From: the human T2T-CHM13v2.0 reference genome, Homo sapiens | Direction: 5' to 3' (one strand) | Length of the DNA: 64,000 nt | NCBI RefSeq assembly: GCF_009914755.1 | Contig: NC_060938.1 | In this document: positions 54,155-64,000 of the stretch, piece after piece | Layout of the letters: each line of letters begins with the position of its first letter | How positions within the stretch are numbered: the stretch's first letter is position 1 | Notes under the pieces: generated by a model | The model's input: only the letters and a program-made list of their open reading frames with translations | What the model was told of the DNA's origin: nothing | Databases searched by the model: none | Program-made: the position numbers and the translations under genes

Positions 54155-54920
54155 AATTTTTTTTTGTTGTTATGAAAACTTCCAAATATACACAAAAGGA
54201 GAGACTAGTACAATGGATTGCCATGGACCCCTTACCCACATTCGACCATGAACCACTCATGGCCAATCTTGTTTCTTCTACCAGTCTCCCTATTCCCTTG
54301 CTCAGATTATTTTGAAGCAAACATCTCCCTATTCCCCTGCTCAGATTATTCTGAAGCAAATCTGATATTGTGTCTTATCATCTGTACATTTTCATATATA
54401 TCTGTAAAAGTTTAGGATTCATTAAAAATCCTAACCATGATACCATACCACAACCAAAAAATATTAGCAATAATTCTGTAATATAATACAATCAAATAAT
54501 CAACATTCAAATTTCCTTGATGATCCCTTAAATATGCTATTCTGTTTCTTCGAATCAAGGTCCAAATAAGGTCCACATATTGCAATTGGTTGATTTGTCT
54601 CCTAAGTCTCTTTTAATCTATGAGTTTCTCCTCTACCTCTTTTTCACTTTGTAATTTATTTGTTGAGTAAACAGGTCTTCTGGAGTTTCTGCACTAGATT
54701 TTGCTGCCTGCATTTCTTTTGCATTTTGTAACATGTTTCTCTATCCTTTATATTTCTCGTAAAATGATAGTTAAATCAATAGGTTTGATCAGGTGTAGGT
54801 TTGATATATATATTTTTAAGTATATTTCATGGGAGTTGGTGTGTGCTTCTTTCAGGAGACATACAACATCTGTGATGTTAGCACCCATTGATGATCATTG
54901 CTAGACCTGTTAATTCACTG
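54155..54920 (-). mobile_element. Old L1 3' fragment (L1MC/L1MD-like) with a local 39-bp tandem duplication at 54285-54360
   Basis: L1M 3'UTR-like sequence; the duplication is read directly. Confidence 0.55.
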
Positions 54921-55378
54921 ATTTTTAAACAAGTAACAGGCTCTACTGAAAAGAGATTCTAACTTTCGGGAGGCATTGCCATTATTTTCCTTGTCTCTGG
55001 TGTTGCCATGGAGGGATAGAGAAGGGGGTTTAGTGCTAAAGTTCCCTTCTCAAGGCTCTGTCAGTGGGGAGGCTGCATGCGATTGCAAAGCTCTGAGGGG
55101 GAAACTATGCCCTGAGTTCTTGGTTGGTGGCCTTGGGAGGGGAACCACCTTGGTTTCTGGTTGAAGTGGTAAGAGCATAAAGGAGCTGGTTTTACTTTTT
55201 ACTGCTAATTGGGAGGTTTTTTGGATGTAACTATAGATTTGCTTTTTGTGTGATCTTTGGTATATTTATATCAGTTGGATATTTATGTTACAAGAAACAG
55301 ATAATGCATTTTGAACTGGCTTATACAGTGAAGGAGATTCATTGGCTCAAGTAGCAGAAAGTACAGAGGTAAGACAGG

Positions 55379-55767
55379 TGCCATGGGCTGAATTCTATCT
55401 CCTTCAAATTCATGTGAAGTCTCAACCCCTAGGACCCAGAATGTGATTGTATTTGGAGATAGGGCCTTGATGAAACAATTAAGTTAAAATGAGTCTGTTA
55501 CGGTGGGCCCTTAATCCAGTCTGACTGGTGCCCGAATAAGAAGAAGAGATTAGAACACAGAGAAAAACTAGGGACATGATTGCCATGTGATAAGGCAGCA
55601 AGAGGGTAGCCATCTTCAAGCTAAGGAGAGAAGCCAGAGAGGAGACCAACCCTGCCAGCATCTTGATCTTGAACTTCCAGCTTCAGAATTGTGAGAAAAT
55701 AAATTTCTGTGATTTAAGCTACTCAGTCTGTGGTATTTTGTTATGGCAGCCCTAGCAAACTAATACA
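55379..55767 (+). mobile_element. MaLR LTR (MLT1A/B-like), nested in an older antisense MLT1 (~55265-56140)
   Basis: TGCCATGGGCTGAAT...GGCAGCCCTAGCAAACTAATACA. Confidence 0.8.
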
Positions 55768-57472
55768 GTGACTTTTAGAGGTGGTTTGATTCAGTGGCTC
55801 AGTAGCATCATCAAATATACAGTGTCTTTATGTAGCTTCCCTCTGCCTTGTGTGGTGCATGTTTTATCCCAAGTCCAGCTTTTGTCATGGGGGCAAATGG
55901 CTGTAATGGTTCCATCCTTCCTATCTAAACATCATCCTTTCTAGAAGAGGGAAAAGAGAATTAGCTTTCAGTAGCTCTCTCAGAAGGTGGAGAGTCTTCA
56001 TTCCTAGATGGTCTCAGGAAACTTAGCCATTCTTTTAACCAATCCCTTTGGCCAGGAGAATGCCATGCTCGACTTGGGCCCAGGTTTCTTAGACCAATCA
56101 CTGTGGCAGCGGTGGGAGATAGGGTTACCCATTTCTGGGACAAGGGGTCAGGTTAATCCTGTTAGCTTCTCCTGACCACATGGCTACTGGACAAGGTAAG
56201 AGAGTGGAAGGGATGCTGGAGCAACAACCACAGGATTTGTGTTGGGATCTGTGACATTTGGAGACAAGTGGAATGGTGGGGTGGGCTGTGTGGTGAGAAG
56301 GGTGATGGACGTGGATGGTCAGAGCCCAGAGAGGGGGCTTCCCTCTTACTGCATGACCAGTTGCTTCATCTATTAAGGGGATTAAATGATTTTCCAGGGT
56401 CCTCCCAGTGCAGATGTTCCAAGAGTTGGAGCTGACAGGAAAAAGGAAATATAGAAAGAGTTTGGAAAATTTCAGAATAGAATAGATAGGCCATGTGAAG
56501 ATGATTCCAGAAAGCCCAAAATAAGGATAATAGGCCCGCAGTTGAAAGATTCCCATAGATACCTACATTTTACAGATGTTTAAGGACTATCCCCAGTGCA
56601 CTTGGCCAGCTAGTGGCAGAGCCAGAGCCAGCTTCTAGATATGTCCCTTTATTGCTCTGTGCATGCCTTTTCCTTTCAAAGATGCCCTGGAACACTTGGA
56701 AAAGTGGCACAATTCCAGCTATGGGGAGGAAATAGCTTGAATTTTTGTAGAGGATTGTGTTTCTAAGTTGGCTTTGGCCAATTCACCAATTTCCAGTGGT
56801 TGGGAAAGGTGACCAAAACCTCAGAACATGTGGAATCTTCCCCGTCCTTGCCACCTGACTATGCATGCATTTCATAGCATTCTCATTTCCTGAAAAGGGG
56901 TGAGTTTCTGGTTTCCGCCAGTGTCGAAGGTTTCAGTTAGGAAATGTGAAGTAGAGCTGATAGAACAAGTAGCCAGCGATTCTGTTTGAAGGAGTAAAGG
57001 TAGATCTTGGTGTAGGACTCTTGATGCTGGTTAATAGCAATGAGATCAATGTAAACATCCACCCAGCTGAATGGCAAATGCTCTGCAGCAGTGAGAGCAT
57101 GTTTGATCTGAAGGTCGACATGATAGTTTCCTAGGTGGGTTTTAAAATCAATACCCATCTTGAGAGTAGAAGTAGAAACCCTTTGTTTTTGTTGAGGAGG
57201 GTCTGAAAGTGACCAGGGTCCTCCTTCTTTGGATACTTTCTCCCTGCATCTCTGCCAGTGACTTCGGAAAACCTTCGGGAAGATTGACAGCTGAAATGAA
57301 CAGAGATCAGGATGCATCATTCCATACTTCTTGTCTTCTCCCTGGCTTTGAGGACCATGTAACTTTTCCTGGTGGTATGGCATTGTACTTTCTTTCCCCC
57401 CATCAAGGTAGAGCCTTAGGAAAAGACTGGGCTCACAGCCTTGGTCCCAATATTGCTGATTCCCAGTTTGTA

Positions 57473-57778
57473 CCTTTTTTTTTTCCTTCCTTCTCTTTTT
57501 TTCTTTTTTTTTTTTTGAGACAGGGTCTTGTTCTGTCACCTAGGCTAGAGTGCAGGGGTGCAACTGAACTCTTGGGGCTCATATGATCCTAATGCCTTAG
57601 CCTCCTGAGTAGCTTGAACTAAGATGTGCCTCCACACCTGGCTAATTTTTAAATTTTTGAAGAGACACAGTCTTGCTATATTGTCTAGGCTGATCTTGAA
57701 CTCTTGGGCTCAAGCAGTCTTCCTACTTCACCCTCCCAAAGGGCTGGAATTACAGGTGTGATCCAGTGTACTTGGTCC
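57473..57778 (-). mobile_element. Alu (AluJ-like, diverged)
   Basis: T-rich tail and both arms; TSD CCCAGT(T/G)TGTACCTTT. Confidence 0.85.
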
Positions 57779-58974
57779 CCAGTGTGTACCTTTCTTTTCT
57801 TAAAGCCGCATCTACTTTGTGAATGAAATTCACCTCCCATCTCAATGCTGGAGGATAGAAGTCTGAGCTAATACCATTTGACTAGCTGCCTGCTTTCTTG
57901 CCTACCTAGAGGGCAGTGTAGCATAGTGGCTTGGGGTCAAAGAGACCTGAGATTAGGTATCTTTCTCAGAAAAGCCACTTTCTAGCTCTGCCACTTTCTA
58001 GCTGTGTGTTCTCGGGCAAATGAACTAAGCTCCATGCTTCAGCTTCCTCTTCAAGAAAAGAAAGATATTATTTAACTCACTGGGTAATTGAGCTTAAATG
58101 AAGTAATGGTAGGAAGCTCAATAAATGTTAACTATTCATAAAAATAATAGCTGTAACAAGAAAATATGAGAGATCCCTGTAAGAACCCAAAATTAGATTT
58201 CCCCCTTGGAACTAAAGCTAAAAGAATACCATCAATACATTGAAAATTTATAATCTGTGGTTTTATTCCCTTTTGTTTATAAATAAAGCTCATTTTTTGT
58301 GTGCAATAAATCAAATTCCTTCACTTTCCCAATCTGATATAGGTCAGGAGGATCCTTTTAAATGGAAGTCAGTGGAGGGAGGATGTTCCTTGGCATGGTC
58401 TTCCTCCATGTGCCGTGTGGCTATGGCTTCTCTTCCAGGCAACTGGACGCTCTGTCTTTCTTGAAGTCTCTTTTCGTTTTTCCCTTTTCCTGGCATGGTA
58501 GGCTGTTTTCCTGACTTCAGCATCTAAAGGAAGCTTGAGTAGTCCTGATCACCTTCTCCATATTTCTCTAAGACGGTGAGGAATCATAGGAAGTCTGTGA
58601 GACTGTGAGAAACAGTTTTGCCATTAGGAGGTAAGTGGAAGGTCCTGCTGATTGATGTGCCCTCCTCATGATTTCTGGGATCAGGGGTCAGGCTAGTGAC
58701 TGTTCGATATGTTCCCAGATGTGATCCAGGAACATTCCATGGAACTGGAGGGGCAGTGCCTGGCTTTTCTGGCCCCCCCTCCTCTCAACCCACATGAGCC
58801 TTCCCCTTGTCTGGGGGTTGGAAAGCCAATAAAGGCAGAGCCTGTTGTGTAACCACACACCATCCCGCCAGGTCTCTTTCAGAACTGCAGTTCAGAAACA
58901 ATAACTCCTTGCTGTTAGCATGACTTCCTGGAGGGATATTTCCAGATAAGGTGGCTTGGGCCAGCCACACCTAC

Positions 58975-61665
58975 TTTTTTTTCTTCTAAGTACTTTTAAT
59001 TTGTATATTTGAACCATTTATATTTAAAGTGATAATTGATGTAGTTGAATTAATATCTACTATATTTGCTACTGTTTTCTACTTATTGCTCTTGTTCTTT
59101 CTGCCTATTTTTCTCTTCAACTCATTTTTCTGCCAGTTGTGTTTTTAATTGAGCATTTTTAATGATTTCATTTTCTCTTTTCTTAGTGTAGCAATTATAC
59201 TTAAAAAAAAAAAAACTTTTCGAAGTGGTTGCCCCAGAGTTTGCAATAAACATTTACAGCTAATCCAAGTCCTCTTTCAAGTAACACTATACTACTTCAT
59301 GGGTAGTGCAAATATCTTATAATAAAGTATTCCTAATTCCTCTCTCCCATCTCTTGTATCATGCTGTCATTTATTTAACTTATATGTAAGCTATACTCAT
59401 GGACTACATTGTTGCTAATATTATTATTTTGAAAAAACTATTATCTGTTAAATTAATTGAGAATATAATAAATACAAGTTTTAATTTTGCCTCCACTTGT
59501 TCTTTCTCTAATGCTCTTTCTTTATGTAGATCTGAGTTTCTGAGCTATGTTTTTTTTCCTTCTCTCTGAATAACTTCTTTTAACATTTCTTACAAGGCAG
59601 GTCTACTGGCAACAAGTTTCCTCAGTTTTTATTTGCCTCAGAGTCTGTTTCTCTATCACTTTTAAAGGATAATTTTGCAAAATACGGAATTCTAGGTTGA
59701 TGACTTTTCCCCTCAACATTTTAAGTATTTCACCACACTCTATTCTTCCTTGCATGGTTTCTGAGGATAAGTTGGATATAATTCTTATCTTTGCTCCTCT
59801 ATACATAAGGTGTATTTTCCTTTGGCTTCTTTCAAGATTTTTTTCTTTATCTTTGATTTTTTTTGCAGTTTGAATATGATATGACTAGGGTTTTTGTTTT
59901 TTGCAATTACCTGGCTTGGTGTTCTCTCTGAGCTTTCTGGATCTGTGGTCTGGTGTCTGGCATGAATTTTGGGGAAATTCTCAGTCACTATTGCTTCAAA
60001 TAATTCTTCTGTTTCTTCCTTTCTTCTCCTTTTAGTATTCCCATTATACATGTTATACCTTTCATGGTTTTCCCAAAGTTCTTGTATATTCAATTCTGTT
60101 TTTTTTTTCCAGTCTTTTTTCTCTTTGCTTTTCAGTTTTGGAAGTTTCTATTGCCATATCCTCAAGCTCAGAGATTCTTTCCTCTGCCATGTCCAGTCTA
60201 CTAATGAGCCCATCAAAGGAATTCTTCATTTCTTTTATAGTGTTTTTGATCTCTTGCGTTTCTTTTTGATTATTTCTCAGAATTTCCATTTCTCTGTTTA
60301 TATTACCTATCTGTTCTTGTATGTTGTTTACGTTTTCCATTAGAGCCCTTAGCATATTAATCATAGTTTTAAAAAAATTCCTGATCTAATAATTCCAACA
60401 TCTCAGCCATGTTTGTCTGCTACTCATGCTTGCTCTATCTCTTCAAACTGTGTGTTTTGTTTGTTTGTTTGCCTTCTAGTATGCCTTGTAATTTTTTGTT
60501 GAAAGCCAGCCATGACGTATTGGGCAAAAGGACTTGTGGTAAATAGGCCTTTAGTGATGTGGTGGTAAGATGTGGGGGGAGGAGAAGCATTCTATAGTCC
60601 TATGATTAGGTCTCAGTTTTTTGGTGAGCCTGTGCCCTTGGGCTGTGAACTTCGTAAGTGCTTCTCAGTGTTTCCCCCTACCTTAGGTGGAGCATGATGG
60701 CTAGGGTGGGCTGGAGTTTATTTCCCTTCTCCCAGGTAGGTTAGTCTCTGATAAAATCCCAACAGATTAGGCTCTGGTAAAATAGTTTCTCCTGATGGCA
60801 AAGGCCTTGTTACGGGAACAGAATGCTTTGCTGTGGTTCACAATGGCTGCCTTCTCCCTCTTCTGCCGGAAGGGTTGGGATCTGTGTCTCTACCCGAGTT
60901 TCATGTTCAATTGTAATCCCCAGTGTTGGAGGTGGGGCCTGGTGGGAGGTGATTGGATCATAGGGTTGGATCCTTCATGAATGATTTAGCATCATCCTTT
61001 TGGTACTATTCTCGTGACAGAGTTCTCATGAGATCTGGTTGTTTAAAAGTGTGTGGCACCTTCCCCCTCTGGCTCTCTTCCTTCTGTTCCAACTTTGTAA
61101 GATGTTCCTGCTTCCCTTATGCCTTCCGCTATGATTGTAAGTTTTCTGAGGCCTCCCCAGAAGTAGACACCACTATACTTCCTGTAGAACTATGAGCCAA
61201 CTAAACATTTTTCTTCATGAATTGTCCAATCCCCAGGCATTTCCTTATAGCAATGTGAGAACGGACTAATACAAATGGCAAGGAGATTTTTCTTTGATAT
61301 TCACTGTGAGAACCAGGTAGGGCTCTTGGAGGTAAAACTCACTAAAATGTGGAAGTCCCCCTAAGTCTAGGTGCCCTTGCAGTTTTTGACCCTCAGACTT
61401 ATTCCTCCTGAGCCTCTGGCAGGTTGTCAGTTACAGTTTAGGCTTTCCTACCTAAACTGTTGAGGTTTAGATACCGGTTTAGGTTTTCTTACCATACTGG
61501 TTCCTGTGGAGATTTCTGCCCTGGTAAGCTGTGATTCTCTGTATCTGCCTGTCTGTCCAATTTTGGGGGCAGTGGTTTGCCATGTGAAATGAGAATTGTT
61601 GATTTTCAGTTTGTTCAGCTTCTTACTTGTTGTTAGGATGGACTGGAGGCTACCAAGCTTCTTAC
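58975..61665 (-). mobile_element. Old L1 5'/ORF1 region (L1M-type), interrupted by an MST LTR
   Basis: ORF1 remnants on the minus strand: EMKNSFDGLISRLDMAEERISELED (60062-60364) and EELFEAIVTENFPK (59785-60093). Confidence 0.8.
60872..61272 (+). mobile_element. MaLR LTR (MSTA/MSTB-like)
   Basis: TGTAATCCCCAGTGTTGGAGGTGGGGCCTGGTGGGAGGTGATTGGATCAT...GAACGGACTAATACA. Confidence 0.85.
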
Positions 61666-63515
61666 ATACTCGCCATACCCATTTCTATTCACTCCAGACA
61701 CACACAAACAGAGTGTGCTCAGTGGTGGATTATGGAAACTTTTTCACAGTTCCTGCTCATGTGGCTGTGCTTTGCTAAAGTTGTCAATGCAGAGGGAGGC
61801 CTAGGAAGAGAGGAGGAAGGCCCACCTGTGCCTCCTAGAGCCAGCCATGTGGGAAGCAGCCACCCAACTACCTAGTCCTTATGGGATGTGGCTGAGGGTA
61901 GGGAGTGTGTGTGCCATTTATTTCATGTTGAAACTCCTAGCAAAGAACCCGGCACAGCGCTAGTGTTTTCTGCTATTCAAATCAACACATTCTACAAAAA
62001 TTTATTGAGCTACTGCTATGTGCCAGCTAGTGTTCTAGGCACTGGGAAACAAAATACAACAGGGAACGAGATAGTCCCTCGTTTATGGAGCAGTACATAA
62101 TGGACAGCACTTATAACACTTATCTGGCTCTTCTTATGTGCCGGGTACTTTTCTAAGCCCCTTTGCACATACTAATCCATCTTATTCTGATGACAAAGAC
62201 ATTATTATCATCCCATTTTACAGAGGAGAAAACTGAGACACACAGAGATTCATTGACCTGAGATGCTTACTTCAGGCAGCAGGGTGTTTACTCACAGCTT
62301 AATAATGTGCTGGAAGGTGTCAAGAAAACAAACATGTTCTTGCCTATCCCCAACACCCAAAGGCTCTCCTGTTGTGTTAATTATGAGAAACCTGATAACC
62401 AGGCATTCCCTATTGCTAAAACAAGGTGAATTGCACTTCTCCATCATTGTGCTTGCCACAGCTGATTAAACTCATGGCCACATGCCACAATGGCCTGGTC
62501 TAGCATGACCTTTAGTCATGCCAGCCTGTAACTGGCCATTATTAGCAAAATCTTATCCTCTTCTTCGAGGACAGATTTTTCTTACCCTCTTCTTGTTTTT
62601 GGGTTGGAGCTGCTCCTTTACTGACATGAAATTGGGAATCTCAACTGGGCAGCTGCAGTTCTAAAAAGATGATGTCCAATTCCATGGAAGACCAAGTCTT
62701 AAGGGTCACATGCAACTGCTATACCATGTGATGAAATTTAAAATGAGAGATATCTTTTCTCAGCTCCTTCTCCCATACTCAGGAGATGTCCAGGAAGATG
62801 AAGAGAAGTGCTATAGCATAAATTAGTAATAGTCCATGAGGGTCCAAAGAGAAGGGCTGCTTGAATTGTTAAGGTACATTTGCCCTCTGACCATCTTTGT
62901 TCAGGGCCTGAAGCACAGCTCTAACCAGGAGGTGCATTTTGACTCATTTCCTCACTCCTTTGTTCAGCCTTTGACTCATTCATTCACTTGTTGTGGATAT
63001 CCTAATTTCTGCAGTTTAAACTGTAAATATTCTTGGGGATGGAACTATCTGAGGTGGTCTGGGAATTATTAATTTACTGATGGCACACATCTTCACATTG
63101 TCCCTCAGCCTTCATGTAGTTCTGGCCCAGTTGCTTCTAAGATTTTATGAGTTGGCCTATAATGGGGCTGTGGAAAGTAAGGGGGATGTTGTGTTTGCAT
63201 CTGTTCCAGAAAAAAACTCTGAGTTAAAAGTATTCTGATTCCTATTAGGGTAGAACATCTTAGGGAGGAATTTGACAAATGTCTGAGAAAGAATATCTTT
63301 TGCCAGATTGAAGAATTGTGCAAGTGCATATTGCAAAAGGCTTTGTCCTATGTCTTTGTTTTTCAAATGCACAAGAAGCTGTTCAGTGGTGCACACACCA
63401 CCCCGCTGGGAAACAGGGACTTGTCAGCTGGCAAAATTCCATGATGCATTGGGAGAGGGAAATTCAGTGCATTCTTTGGTGGCTCTTTGCCTTGTCACCA
63501 TCTTGAGATGCCTAT

Positions 63516-64000
63516 TGTAGGAAACATCTGTTGTTTTGGTCTGCCCAGCCTCTACTCTGTCTTTTCTGGCAATAGAATCTCTACTTTCCTTTGGGGAACA
63601 CCGTCCCTCACTCTACTCTTCATAACTTGAGTGGACTGATCCCACCTCCCAGTTCTAGGGTGAATGCATGACCCAGGCCTGATCAGTGTATGCCCTCCTC
63701 TGGTTTAGGAATGGTCATGTGACTTATGCTGGACCAGTGGATTCAATTTGGAGACTTTTTATTGAAACTCTGGAGAAAGACAAGCCCTGGGGTTTGTATG
63801 CTCTAAAGATGTAGGCCTGTAGTCATTGGTAGTTATTTGGTCACTATGAAGGAAAAGCTTGCTTCAAAATAAATCCAACACAGAGCAAAAGAAAGCTGAG
63901 AGAGGAAAGAGACAGGTTTCTTATAATATATTGTGAACACCTGGATCCCACTCTGCTAAAAGCTTCCTTAAATCTCTTGTTTGTATGAGCCAGTAGCTTC
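63516..64000 (+). mobile_element. Old MaLR LTR (MLT1J/K-like), running off the window end
   Basis: GCATGACCCAGGCCTGATCAG...GGAATGGTCATGTGAC...CCTGGATCC. Confidence 0.5.

Noticed and set aside
59603-60364. ORFs resembling L1 ORF1p or L1TD1
   Set aside because: Frameshifted fragments of an old L1, not an intact domesticated gene.

Overview
Human genomic DNA; a human-specific AluYb8 supports the species call. The window covers about 41 kb of upstream region, the CpG-island promoter, coding exon 1 (signal peptide MLPARCARLL...TTGPR, ATG 41310, donor at 41409) and the first ~22.6 kb of intron 1 of SMOC1 (+ strand). Intron 1 holds an antisense, near full-length RPL7A retrocopy (probably RPL7AP6) with an intact 266-aa ORF, poly(A) tail and 17-bp TSD, plus a young AluYb8. 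The rest is largely interspersed repeats: Alu, L1, L2, MIR, MaLR/ERV LTRs and hAT MITEs. The notable structures are: (1) an end-to-end piggyBac fossil (Looper-like, ~29.1-33.9 kb) with recognisable transposase remnants, split by at least seven nested insertions, with a second piggyBac element (MER85) about 1 kb away; (2) a MER53 palindrome whose two arms share derived changes; (3) a small inverted triplication at ~25.3 kb; (4) a perfect NF-kB palindrome beside the SMOC1 TATA box and an overlapping uORF; (5) several repeat-free homeodomain/HOX/E-box motif clusters that are candidate eye or limb enhancers. I found no support for a wholly new gene or system. Nearly all ORFs in the track are repeat-derived or spurious. 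Repeat subfamily names come from recalled consensus sequences and are approximate.
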